A DNA stretch of 64,000 bases from Cetorhinus maximus (taxonomy: Eukaryota). Location of the stretch: assembly GCF_964194155.1 (NCBI RefSeq), contig NC_135895.1, positions 67,394,001 to 67,458,000 on the forward strand. The letters run 5' to 3'. A program made the translations under genes and the position numbers. A model generated the notes under the pieces. That model was given only the letters and a program-made list of their open reading frames with translations, did not search any database and was not told where the DNA came from. This document shows positions 13,001 to 25,030 of the stretch, piece by piece. Numbering within the stretch: position 1 is the first letter of the stretch; each line of letters begins with the position of its first letter.

Positions 13001-13358
13001 TACAAGATGCACTGCAAAAACACATCAAGGCTTCTTAGACAGCACTTTCCAAATCTACGGCCATGACCATCTAGAAGGTCAAGGGCGGCAGATACATGGG
13101 AACATCTCCACCTGGAAGTTCTCCTCCAAGCCACTCACCACCCTGATTGGAAATATATTACCGTTCCTTCACTGTCACTGGGTCAAAATCCTGGAACTCC
13201 CTCCCTAACAACACTGTGGGTGCACCAACACCACGTGAACTGCAGCGGTTCAAGAAGACAGCTCATCACCACCTTCTCAAGGGCAACTAGTGATAGGCAA
13301 TAAATGCTGGACGAGCCAGCGAAGCCCACATCCCTTGAATGAAGGATTAAAAAAAAAA
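10078..13358 (+). mobile_element. Near full-length CR1/L2-group LINE (family B), decayed EN+RT ORF
   Basis: GDFNV, EPTRGKNRLDLVLTN, NDH; AMGPDNIP, NYHPISLLS, QFGFRQ, LDIKAAFDRVW, GVPQGNVLG; tail GCAATAAATGCTGG..CCCACATCCC..GAATGAA then poly(A). Many stops. Confidence 0.92.
10443..10820 (+). mobile_element. 5'-truncated family-B tail inserted in a copy of its own family
   Basis: Similar to 12970-13350 and flanked by TACCACC at 10436-10442 and 10821-10827. Confidence 0.85.
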
Positions 13359-13849
13359 GGCCAAGAGGAGATTTGATAGCAATGTTTAAAATCACGGAAG
13401 GATTAGAATAAATAAAGAAAAACTGTTTCCAGTGGCTGAAGGGTTGACAAGCAGAGGGCACAGATTTAAGGGTGATTGGCAAAAGAACCAGTGGCAACAT
13501 GAGGGAAAGCTTAATAGAATGACGGACAAGAGTTTGGAATGAACTGTTTGATCGGGTATTGGATGCAGATTCAGTAGTAGCTTTCAAAAGGGAATTGGGT
13601 AAATACTTGAAGGAGATAAAAATACAAGAATTGTAGAGAAAGAGCTGGGGAGCAGAACTAGTTCAATTGCCATTCAAAAGGGCCAACACAGATATGATGG
13701 GCTGAATGGCTTCCTTCTGTGCTGTTCTACTCCACAATTCAGTGATTCTTCTGTGGTCCTTGTAGATTTGCTTCTTCAAGTGACACTGTACTTCCTTGAA
13801 TTGGCAGAATACATCACATTAGGATGTCACAGGAAACAAAACCGGGATA

Positions 13850-14100
13850 TAGCATAGAAGGAGGCCATTCAGCCAGTCGTGTCTGTGTAGGCTCTCTACA
13901 AGAGCAACTCAGCTTGTCCCAGTCCCATGTCCTTACCCATAGCTCCACAATGTTTTTCTCTTCAGATAGTTATCCGCTTCCCTTTTGAAATCCACAATTG
14001 ACTCTGACTGTACCACACCCCCAGGCAGTGCATTCTATTTCCCAACTGCTCGCTGTGTGAAAAGCTTTTCCTCATGACACATTTGGTTCTGTGTTTCTAG
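13850..14100 (-). mobile_element. CR1 3' tail remnant
   Basis: GAAGGAGGCCATTCAGCC..GGCAGTGCATTC pattern shared with other CR1 tails. Confidence 0.65.
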
Positions 14101-14622
14101 TTCCTCTCCTGTTCTAGCCTTCCACCACAATAATGCAAGCGAATGCTGTTAAGAGGCAGGGTTATCCTATCTTCTATATAGCAAGTGAAAAGGTGATTGA
14201 AACAGAGTAATAGGCGGGTTTTCTTCCTCTGAGGAAGCAATTGGTTTCACCTACCAGCTATTCACAGTAGCATGACTGAAACCAAGAGCTCAATATATAG
14301 GGAATTGCAGGAGTAAGTCCCACATCCTATCAATCCATAGTGAAGGATTACTGAGAGCGGTTTGAGATTGTTGGTCTATCAGTTGATTAATACTGATCTA
14401 TAGGGAAAGTTGTCTTGACATTGTTAACTGGATTTTATAAACACTGGTGTAAGTAGGGGTGTTGTTAGATTGTGATGCGGCCCTATCATTGTAAATGCGT
14501 AGATTGTAAAAATACATTTTCTCACGATGTTTTGCAACAATTTGTATTGGAGCAGATTTTACATGTACTGAAGTTCAAACTGTTCATTGGTGGCCCATGT
14601 AACCCATCCCAGTCAATCCCAG

Positions 14623-14803
14623 AGATAAAAACAAAAAACTACTGCGGATGCTGGAAATCCAAAACAAAATGCTTATATTTCACCCCTCTCCTAACTATAC
14701 TCAGTTCTGTTGAAGGATCATGAGGATTCGAAACGTCGACTCTTTTCTTCTCCGCCGATGCTGCCAGACCTGCTGAGTTTTTCCAGGTAATTCTGTTTTT
14801 GTT
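14623..14803 (+). mobile_element. 181-bp Penelope-derived insert with inverted 5' piece and 14-bp TSD
   Basis: CCAGTCAATCCCAG at 14609-14622 and 14804-14817; body resembles 48660-48780 and 53351-53584. Confidence 0.8.
14703..14741 (+). ncRNA. Minimal type-I hammerhead ribozyme-like motif (core variant)
   Basis: AGTT-CTGTTGA-A-GGATC-ATGAG-GATTC-GAAA-CG-TC-GACT: helix I AGTT/GACT, helix II GGATC/GATTC, tiny palindromic helix III. CUGANGA core reads CUGUUGA. Confidence 0.6.
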
Positions 14804-15959
14804 CCAGTCAATCCCAGTACCGGCTCCCATTGAAATCTCTCTAAGTAGATGCCCCTTTAAGAGTCTGAACTGAAATCAGGCATTTTATTTCATTTGATCT
14901 TCAAACAAGATACATTAAGATAGAAATAACACTGAACATAACATTAAAGTTTCATTGGATGAAATTACTGTCGAACATTTTTTTATTTAATTGTCATTGA
15001 ATGCTATAAATAAATAGAACAAAACAATTATTCTAAAATGTATTTTTACAGGTACTGAATTAATGAATGATTAAAAACTCCTGTTGGCAACAAACATAAT
15101 TCATTATTTGCTTAAGATATCATTGATTTCAAATTGCCAGAATAATTGAAAACAATTTAGATTAGTGTATACCAGAAGCCCGTCAACTGGTTATGATTGG
15201 GTGCTTTATTGAATCTGCCTGCTATCCTTTAAGTCTTAGTAACATGGAATGGAATTTAAATCCATTGTTGGGCTGGATTCACAGATTATGGATTACCATG
15301 GGGTGAATTGAAAACTACCTTTTGCTAATAAAGTGACTGCCCCCAGCTTGAATCCACAGCACGAAACTGCCTTCGGCTTCAGCCCTGTCAATATTAGTCC
15401 AGCAATCTCACTCGGTCCTCTGCCTATGGTGACAATGGGAAGTAACTTGTTTCTCAGCTTGCCAGTTGCATTTGTCATACCTAATCCAGTCAAGTGGCCA
15501 GCACTTTTTAATTACTTGTGCAGTGTCAATGGTTCCATAATTTACTAATTATTTTCAACAACCCTGAAAACTTGTCACATGAGGTGACCTTGCTTAGAAA
15601 TTAGGTGATAAATAATTTAACATAGAAATTATGGCCAGCAATGAGACACGAGTTTGGACACAGTGGATTAATGACTCACTGAGAGCTCTAAGGTGCTGTC
15701 ATGAAGTTACAACCAGACATAAATTAACGATGCAACTTTCTCTTCTCACGCACACCTTTCAGTTTTAAATTAGAAAGAAATGTTATCCTGTAAAAGAAAA
15801 GACATACTTATGTAATACTCTACCGTTTTCCACATATAACACAGCAGCATCTGTTGTCTTGTATCCAAATGCAGAAGACGCTTTATACACTTTATACATG
15901 ATGCTTATTGGGATACAGGCTAAACTTCCTGCTGTTTTCCAGAGTGCGCAAGATCCAAT

Positions 15960-16050
15960 GGAGCTGGTAGTCAGGCCCAAGAAGGACAACACTTCAGACA
16001 TGCAGCACTCCCTCAATACTGCACTGGAATATCAGTTCAGATTATGGAGA
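15960..16050 (-). mobile_element. Deu-type SINE fragment
   Basis: Reverse complement CCAGTGCAGTATTGAGGGAGTGCTGCA resembles the SINE at 43480-43500. Confidence 0.55.
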
Positions 16051-17197
16051 GAGCCAGCCCATTTTCCCAAAGGTTAAAGTTAATATTTGAAAACTTGCAG
16101 CTTTTTCCCAGGTTAACTGCAGAAGCTAAAATTTTTGTCCAAAACTCACAGAGTGAGCACCAGGGAAGCAAAAATAGGCCAATACACAGTGCGCAACGCT
16201 TCTGAATAATACGCGTAATGTTGCCAAGAATTACAAAGCCAGCTATAAGTGTTTTGTTACTGTTGGTTATACTGAGCATTCTGTTTTTATGGGCAAGAAT
16301 GTGCAGAGTCACTGTTAGGGCCTTGCACATTGTCATTGATGATCAATAAGTTGGGCAAGAGACCTCAAAATAAACTTTGCTTCTGATTCTCCAATTTAAA
16401 ATTCAGAGGCTCAAGCTCACAGTTTACTTAGACCTTCTATTTTCAAATTATTTTGCAATGTTAAGGCAGATTGTGATAGCTTTCATCATACCTGCATTTA
16501 TTGCATGATTTGGACAAGGAGGATCATTTTGTTACAGACTATCATGTGTGTGTCCGTAAGACACCAGAGAAACTAGTTACTGAGGAACCACTACTTGGTG
16601 TACAGACCCACTACCTTGGCAAGTCAGATGAAACCTCATAAGCCCGTGGGCCGGGAGCAATCCCCACACCTATACAGATAGGCTCGAGATACACCACCAG
16701 AGCAGTTGCCAGAAAAAAGGACTCTTAGATTGGGGAGCTGTGATGCCAGCAGGTGAGTCAGTAATGGGGACTGGGATGGCGGATTTCAGCAGAGAGGTAA
16801 TGATGATTGGAGTGTGATAATTGCGATTGGAGAGAGTAGAGGCTACGATCACAAGAGGATAGTGGTGGCAATCATGAGGGGGTAATATGTTCCCTGTAGG
16901 GGGGGATTGGTGGCCAGGTGTAACCCATGTGACTTTAATGTGGGGTCTAGAGAAACAATTCTGGCTCCACATTTGGGTAAGTATATTTTAATCATGTTGG
17001 TTGTAGCCTGCAGTGGTCTTTTTAGGAGCTGCCTGTTGAGTGCATGTAGACCTTGTTTTCTTGAACCCAGCCAGTAGGGCAGCAGCTGCATTCACAGTAA
17101 CCTGATATTGAAGAGGGGTATTCAAACAGGAGTTAGGCCTCGAATATGAATATACAAAGGGTTCATTCCTGTTTCAACTGTGGGCCATGGACACCTA

Positions 17198-17948
17198 AGG
17201 CCGGATTTTCGTGGTTGAGGTGGGAGTCAGCAGGTGGGTTTGTTTCCAGGTCATGAACTCACCCCTGAAGGATTTTGGTGGAGGAGGGCTGTCTATTGGG
17301 TTAGGGACAGGTTTGCCAGCCAATTAGTGGCTGGTGGGGTGGGGGTGGAGGGAGGTGACAGGAACAAAGGAAATGACTGGAAACATAGGCCACATTGTGA
17401 CTTGCTCCGATAGCCGCTGCTGTGGCTGCTGTTTAGACTGTAACTTTTGAATTTTAAAAAATGGAAATTGGAGGCTTTCACATTTCAGAGGGCAGATGGA
17501 GATATGGAACCCGACATAGGATGGGAGCTTGAGAATTTGTTAACATTTTTTTGACTTTTCTTGTATGAGGCCCCTCTGCTCCACTGAGCCACTTCACTGC
17601 CACTTATAAATTAATCTCCATTCAAAATGCAGCCAAACCTGTTCTCTCCACCCTTGAGCTGAGCTGCATTAGACAACTCCCAAAGGTTGCTCGCCCTGTG
17701 GAAATTTGAAAGGATTCAAAGGTGAGCTCCTAATGAGCTCCTTTTAAAGTGTCTTAATTAAACTGACCATCGCTGCAGATGGGTTCGCTAGCCTGCCCTC
17801 ACCCCCGGCCCCCCACTCTCCTCCTGCCCTCACGAAAATTGTCTGGGTTGGGGACAAAGGCAGCAGACCGGCATGCAGGCTGGTGGCGCCATTTTCTTTG
17901 GTTGCCCGCCTCCATTCTGACCTGTTCCTGGGAGTGAAAATCTGGTCC
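17198..17948. mobile_element. Old Harbinger-type MITE
   Basis: Ends AGGCCGGATTTTC and GAAAATCTGGTCC; possible CTA TSD. Confidence 0.6.
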
Positions 17949-18896
17949 CTAGTTTTTTTCCAGAACAATGGATACCACACTTCCAGCTTGTATTGGGTGT
18001 GTGCTTCCTGTGTACCATATTGGTGCCCACCATTTTTTGGGCCCTGTATGGTCATATTTCTAGGTCCCTGGTCCAAGTACTGATTCCTGTGATACTCCAT
18101 TCAACACCTTCCTCCTCCCCCTGATACTGGGATGATGTGCTTGATGGGGTCTTTAGTACTTTTTCCTTCTTGACTGCTTTACAATTAGTTTTGTTTAAAG
18201 AATAATGATATTATGGAGTGGGGTGATTTTGAGGAGTTGTCAACCTTCCCCCTGTGATGAAGCTGGATTAATATCCTTGCCACTAAAACTAAAATGCCCT
18301 TGGTTACTAGGTGTGTCAGTTGACATTGAATTTCCATTGATTGGGGAGCTGTCATTAAACCTCCTTCAAACTATAACTGGTGATTAGGATCAGACAATAA
18401 TAATTAAATAAAACAACATAAACTGAATGTCCAAATTGATCATAATCTTAACAGTTGCATTTCCAAAGGAGGCCCTGGTAATGAGGCCAAAGAATAAGAA
18501 TTCTGATGTGGGAATCTGCTCTGTTGAGATAGGATGACATACACCCTTAAGGGCATACCTTAAACCGCTGTCAATCATTATCTACTATGACAGGATATGA
18601 TGTATCTGTCCCATGACTTGAAGGCAGTCTGAAGGCAGCTGTGGTCGAAGTCAGATATGTGCCTCGCAGTCTCCCAGTGAACATTATCTGTGCATAGCCT
18701 TATCTCCAAATAAACAACCCACATTATTGTTTCACCAATCCTTGTGTATGATTGGTACATTTACATCGAAAAGAAGAACATAACATGCTCCACCTGGTGT
18801 TAATGCTGTGTGAGTGGGAACTCTATTAAAAAAAAAGTCCTGTATATCCCCAGCCTAGATGTGTGATGTGCAATTTTCCATCTGGCCTTTAATGCT

Positions 18897-18977
18897 AGTA
18901 TATAGTGCTTTATAGTGCAGTATATAGTGCTTTATAGTGCAGTATATAGTGCTTTATAGTGCAGTATATAGTGCTTT
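18897..18977 (+). repeat. 22-bp tandem repeat, about 3.7 copies
   Basis: Unit AGTATATAGTGCTTTATAGTGC, perfect copies. Confidence 0.95.
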
Positions 18978-19114
18978 TCCACAGAACGCTTACTGCATTC
19001 CTGGAAATTCCTTCCTGCTCATTCTGCCCATATGAAATTGTTGTTAAAACTGAATTGATTTCTTACTCTTAAGTTTCTTAAGTTAATAAATCAAGTAGTG
19101 AGTATAAAGGTTGT

Positions 19115-21950
19115 GGCTGTGAAATTCGATAAGACCCCAAAACAGGGGGAGGAATCATGATGCCTGATTAACTCACGCCTGTTGCTTCCAATGCAGGCAT
19201 CATGCAAACTCTCTGCTGCCTGCTTATTTAAATGATTATAAGATTTCAGCCATCACTAAGCATGTTGTTGAGTGGTGGCACTCCTGATCAGCTAAATGGC
19301 TTGTACAAATTCAGGAGTGGCAGCACTACCAGGCTCCTTACCACAGGGAGGTGCATTTTGGTTCTAGAAGCCATTGTAAAAGAGAGTTTGATTTGGGAAA
19401 GAATACAACAATGGCACAACATGACAGAGAACAGGCTTTAAGATTTTCTGATACTGCAGTAGAGGGCATGGTTGAGGAAATAGGGAAGAGGAGAGATGTT
19501 ATCAGCAGTAGGGGGCTTGGAAGGCCTCCACACAAAGCCTCCAAAGTGGGAGCTGTGGTGATCAATGCAAAGAATCAAGCCCAGAGAACCTGAATACAGT
19601 GCAGCAAGAGGTTCAATGACCTCACACTAGTGGTCAAGCTTAGGGACTGCATATTCAAATGTCACATCCAACCAACTGCACCTCTAGCCTCGGACACTGC
19701 TCAATGCACCACATCCACATCTCTCACCTACCAACAATCTCTATTAATCAGGACTCATACCTAATATGCGTGTGTTCCAGCACACCCTCACACACTTAAC
19801 ACTGCTGCAAGTCTCATACCCACATTTTATAGCATGGCAGACTACCAGCTATTCAACCATTATAACCAGATCACCCAAACAGATTGCTACTCAATATCTG
19901 ACACACGTCCCTCGCTTCAAATACAAATTGGCACACAGCTGAAGGCAGGAAGAGCTAACTTGAAGGAATCAGCCATGCCGGCATGTCCTCACCCCATGGA
20001 GGAAAAGGTGTTGATCATTATTGGTGTAGCCATGACTGAGGCCGTGGCCAGCAGCAGAGTAAAAACCATTAACGAGGGTAGTATCTTCATACCTAATCCT
20101 CTTTCTCATATCCCTCTTATCCCTAATACCACAAACTCTTCTGATTTACGAGCTGCAGGGGATGGAAGTGTGCACCTCTAGCTTTGTCCGCTCACCCCGC
20201 ACCCCCACCATTCCCCTTAGAACAACCCTACCCTTGTGCCCCTCTCCTTTCTGATACCCAAGAACTACAACCTGGCAGTGTGGAAGAGCAAAAAGGTGGA
20301 ACAGTACGCAGACCATGATCATGGCAAAACATCGCTACTCACGCTCACATGGCAGCCACCAGCTCAGATACTGACACTACACTTTAGTAGATAGCTTTGA
20401 GATAGGATTTGCATGTGGTGAGACACTCAGGAAGCGTGGTTGCAGCCAAGGATGGAGACAAGGGTAGAATGAGTACCAGTTCGCTGGGGGACTAGCAGAC
20501 CACGGATTCTGCTGCAGAGGACTCAGATGGAGCAGGCTGCAGGAGGATGCTGAGTATGCACAATGAAATGCCTGGTTCATTGGCAGACCTGCCAGAAAGC
20601 CTGTGGTTAATGTCAAGGAACATGGAGGAGTCCAGCATCAACTTAGCACAGAGCTTCAGACAGTGTTTGGAGCCCATCCTTTCCAGCATGGAAGTGATTG
20701 TCAGCTCCTTGACAATACTTGTAGACACGTCCATGATGCTCAATGCCTCAGCTTCCAGCACAAAGAGGAGCCACCAGTCTGGCTATTGCAATGGAAGCTC
20801 AAACTAAAGTCATGTAAGCTCATGTTGCTGCAATGTGAGATCAGACTGCTCTCACGCAAACTGAACTAGACTCTGAATGCTTCCATCGTGGCAGCAGATA
20901 CCAGTTCAAAAAGGTTTGCAGGGTGTCGCAGCAGCCTAGCAATCTGTACTCTAACAGACAGATTACAAGGATTGCTGTAGTGCCACCCCAGAGGGATGGC
21001 AGTGGCTCTGCAGTGCCACTCACAATGTCCTCTCTCAGAATGACAGAATTCACCCCCCCCCCCCCCCCCCCCCATTAATGTCACTCTGCCAGTGAGTTTC
21101 CCTGTCAGCCAACCAGCTCAGATTGCTGCCAACAATGATGAGATGGTGCAGACCAAAGCTGGGCTTTCTTGGGCTAGAGCTGCTTGAAGCCGTCCTGCAA
21201 GGCCATCTTCAGTCTCCATCACTGAAAGTCAGTAGCCTTCCACCAGCCGTGCTGCAGCCAGTGGGGTAGAGCTGTATAGGAGCACTAGGATAGGAAAAGG
21301 GACATGGAAGATGGCAGTAAAGGAATTTACATAGGGTGATAAGATGATGACTTTTATATGTATTATGGCAACATTTGATTTCTAAATTTGGCTTGGAATT
21401 TTCATCTTTTATGGCTTTTATTTTGCATTGTGGCCAAGCAGATACTGTGATAGTCAGTGACGAAGGGAAGATACATGTAGAACTGTCGGTGACTGGGGCA
21501 TAGTGGTTGCGTCCACTGGTACCAGAGTCAGATCTGTCAATTATAGACAGCCCGTCCAAAAATGGGTGTACTGGTTTCCCTTCCTCCTCCTCCTCATCTG
21601 ATTGAATGGCTGGCGGCAAGGGCTGTGTCCTCATGTTAGCGAGGTTGTGCACCATGCAGCAGACCATGATGAATCCTGACACATGTAATGCCAAATACTG
21701 GAGGGCTCCTCCAGAGCTGCCAAAGCAGCATAAGCATCTCTTAAGCTCTGCTTGATGACATTTCATACAATAGCGTGGCCATTGTTATACACAAGGTGCC
21801 CACATGTGTTTGTGGGTTGCGCACTGGAGACAGGAACCATGTCGTCAGCAGATAGCTTATTTGCTCCTATGTCCTCTGGGCAGTGCAGGTTGCATTTACA
21901 TTTGACACTCCCATTACAGGCCTGTTTCACTGCTTCCTAATGAGACAATG
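19115..21950. mobile_element. Degenerate two-gene Harbinger, inverted relative to 6150-9072
   Basis: Left end resembles the reverse complement of 9000-9072. Plus strand Myb/SANT exon from ATG 19411 (ALRFSDTAVEGMVEEI..QCSKRFNDL). Minus strand transposase C-terminus SGGALQY..VCCMVHNLA (21500-21770). Confidence 0.8.
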
Positions 21951-22427
21951 TTCTGAAGTGCCAAAAAGGGCAAGTTCAGGTCTACCTTTGATATTCTATC
22001 AGGATCAGCCGTACTGGTGACTCCTGTAAGCAATCTTGCATTCAGGAATTGCCCGTACAACCCAATATCTAAATATATGATCTTGTAATCCAGGGGAGTA
22101 ACCCCTTGTGGACCTGAACTGGATATTGGGTCTTTTCAGTCTTTCATTCAGCACCCAGGTATAAATCACAAAACGTCTTTATTTTACAGACACCATATGA
22201 ATGTACAAAGTGGCAGTTAGAATGAAAGCTGATTGCAGTGTAAGCTTTTATCTTTTTGTTTCTTCTGACCACAGAAAGTGAATGGACTGCTTTCCCTTCC
22301 CATAGTGGATTCTCAGCAGGCATCCTATCCTGGGACCAAATGGATATATCTTTCCAACAATAAAAGGAATGGGTGTTCACTGAGATGCCTAAACTAACTC
22401 TCATTTTCTAAAGCATTCAAACACTTT

Positions 22428-22845
22428 GGGCTGACTATTCCCTGCACTGCAGAGATGGTTAGGAGTTGGAAAATAACCCATCGGGCGGGCTACCCAGCGG
22501 TAATGAAAGCCAATTAGGCCCATTAATGGAGTAACTGGAGGGATGTCAATGGCACCACCAGGATCTTTTTAAAGGCGGACAGCCCACCTCTGTGGCTGAA
22601 GCCTGGAAGGCAACTGGAGAGGGACAACCAATAGTAGGCCTGGGCACCATCGACACCCCTCTACTCCATGACCTCAGCAAGAATTCCCTAGAATGCAATG
22701 GCCAGAGCTGCAGCTTCAGACTATGCATGATTTTTAATTTCTCCCAATGCTACAGAGAGCGCCTCCATTTTGAGGCGCCCTCGTGGTCACTGGCCTGCCT
22801 CAGCAGTGCCGCTCCCAGTGGGACTGCTGGCCAAATATCGCTGCG
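22428..22845. mobile_element. Degenerate Harbinger MITE fragment
   Basis: Starts GGGCTGACTATT; has the GGCGGG and CCAATTAGGCCC subterminal motifs of other MITEs here. Confidence 0.45.
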
Positions 22846-22855
22846 GGCCTTGGGG

Positions 22856-22938
22856 GACCAGTTAGTTAAGTTGGCTAGAAAGCTAGCATTTGGTTCAGAA
22901 TAATGCCAATAGCATGGGGTTCGACCCCACTACCGGCT
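22856..22938 (+). mobile_element. tRNA-Ile(AAT)-derived SINE head or tRNA pseudogene
   Basis: GACCAGTTAGTTAAGTTGGCTAGA..TGGTTCAGAATAATGCCAA..GGGTTCGACCCC..TACCGGC aligns by eye to vertebrate tRNA-Ile(AAT). A and B boxes present; an insertion breaks the cloverleaf. Confidence 0.6.
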
Positions 22939-23034
22939 GAGGTAGACTTGGGATTTGCCTCCTCGTCCTGTCTCATATTAAAATCTTGGCTATAAGCTGT
23001 GGTTCAGTGAATAATTAAGGATATTACCTGAAGA

Positions 23035-23655
23035 AGAAGAACAGAGCACTTAGAAAAACATAACATGATTGGACAAAGTCAGCATGGTTTTATGAAAGGG
23101 GAATCATATTTGATAAATCTGTTAGAGTTTTTTGAGGCTGTAACTAAAATTGAATAGTAGGGTGTGCCCCAAAAAGTTTGGTGGAAACGGTTGTGTGGAA
23201 GCTGTCAGGTGGATTGTGCACTGTTTCTATCCTGGAATGTCCTGAATGTACTGAAATGCCCAGCCTCTTTAAAGTAAAGCCCCTGTTAACATTTGTGTCA
23301 CACAATAAGGCAATACTGCTAAGATCCAACTGAAGGAGGACCTTCTGAAGGCAGGACTAAACCTGAGGGCAATTTAGAGGATGCTATAATATAGAGGATG
23401 CTACAATGGGTGGAAGAAATCTGGCCATAGAGAGCTTATTGTGTTAGCTATGATATGGAATGCACTACCTGAAAGGGATGGTGGAAGCAGGTTCAATAGT
23501 AATTTTCAGAAGGGAATTAGACATATGCCTGAAAAAGAAAACATTGCAAGGCTGTGGGGAAAGAGAGGGGAGTGGGTTAACTTGCATAGCTCTTTCAAAA
23601 ACCTGGCACAGGCTGAATGGGCTCCTTCTCTGCTGTATGATTCTATGATTTCTAT
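23035..23655 (+). mobile_element. CR1 fragments (RT piece 23035-23150, tail 23440-23655)
   Basis: GQSQHGFMKGESYLINLLEFFE; IWNALPE and tail. Confidence 0.7.
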
Positions 23656-24239
23656 CTGACAGCCAAAATATAAAGTCGGAAACTTCGACTTTGAAACAAC
23701 TGTACGGTTGTTTTTTGTACTGTGGAATCTGCTCTGAAGAATAAATGCGATCGATTTCACAACCCTAGGAGCCTTAGGGTCATATTGGGGAACGATTTTG
23801 AGAAGTGTTTCTACAAAATGCAATGTTACACAGTTTTCTGTCAGCAAACAATCTCAGAAATGACAGAAAGCTGAGAGTTCTTTAATGAGCCAACACCAAT
23901 GAAGAGCACAACTTGCTGTGCCAGTAGATGGATTGCTTTGATTAGTGCCATATCCATTTCTCTTCTTGCACCATGAAACACCTGTAAGCTGCCTTGTGGC
24001 AAAAAGCTGTTATAAAGTCCTTCAAAGTATCACTGGGATTATCCCATAGAAACACAGAAATAAATCTGATGCCTCAAGAAAAATGCTGCACATTGGTGAA
24101 GACAAAACTACTTGAAAGAAAGATCAGAAGGATCAGAAGACGGCACAACGAGGGATTTAGCATCACAGTGACCTAGAGAGCTGTGAATTTTCATCGAATG
24201 AAATAAAAATTCTTAATGTCTTGGAACCAGCAATGATTT

Positions 24240-25030
24240 AGTTAGTGAATCTAATGTAAAGTTCTTACTCAATATTGGTTGGATCTCAGCCATTCTACCA
24301 GTGCAGAGTATACTCTGTCCTTTGATACATTTTGGTACAGGTGGTGCATGAGTACAATACATGCCAAATGGTACAATGCTAAAAGGGGTGTAAGAAGAGA
24401 AAGATCTGGGGTGTTTATTGGAGCCTGAGCTTTCTAAATAGAGGCATAGACACAAAAGCCAGGAAGTTATGTTAAAGCTGCAATTAAGCTGAGGTATTGG
24501 GTCCAATTCTGGGCAACACAGTTTAAGAAGAGCATAAGTGCTTTGGAGAAGGTACAGAAGAGATCTTGTTGGAATGGTTTCAGGGATGAGGGATTACAGC
24601 TTTGTGGATAGGTTGGAGAAGCTGGAGTAGTTCTTGTTAGAGCAAAAATCGTTAAGAGGAGAATTGATAGAGGTGTTTAAAATCAAAGAAGGGTTTAGAT
24701 AAAGTAAATAAAAATAAATTATTTCCATCAGCTGAAGTGTTGATAACCAAAGGTTATCGGCAAAGGGATCTGAGGTGACATGAGAAAAGCTCTTCTTATT
24801 CAACAAATGGTTAGGATTTGGAATGCACTGCCTGATTGGGTGGTGGATACAGATTCAGAATAATTTTCCAAAAGGAACTAAATAAATACTTGAAGGAGAG
24901 AAAATTGGAGGGATTATGGATTAAGAGCAGAGGAGTGGAACTAACTGGGTTGCTCTTTGAAAGAGTCAGCACAAACTCAGTGGGCCAAAGGGCCTCCTTC
25001 TGCATTGTACTATTCTATGATTGTATTATT
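24240..25030 (+). mobile_element. Old CR1 3' remnant
   Basis: ERDLGV, VQFWA, LEKVQKR, RGELIEVFKI, RIWNALPD and tail. Confidence 0.75.

Larger units (their letters stand above)
9960..13740 (+). mobile_element. Old CR1 3' remnant split by the 10078-13358 LINE (pieces 9960-10075 and 13359-13740)
   Basis: CR1 motifs YCVQFW..LERV on the left continue as RGDLIAMFKI and the tail on the right. Confidence 0.7.

Noticed and set aside
18897-18977. CRISPR-like array
   Set aside because: No unique spacers, and the context is eukaryotic.
23994-24206. Short ORF followed by AATAAA, a possible terminal exon
   Set aside because: No clear acceptor and no recognisable protein.
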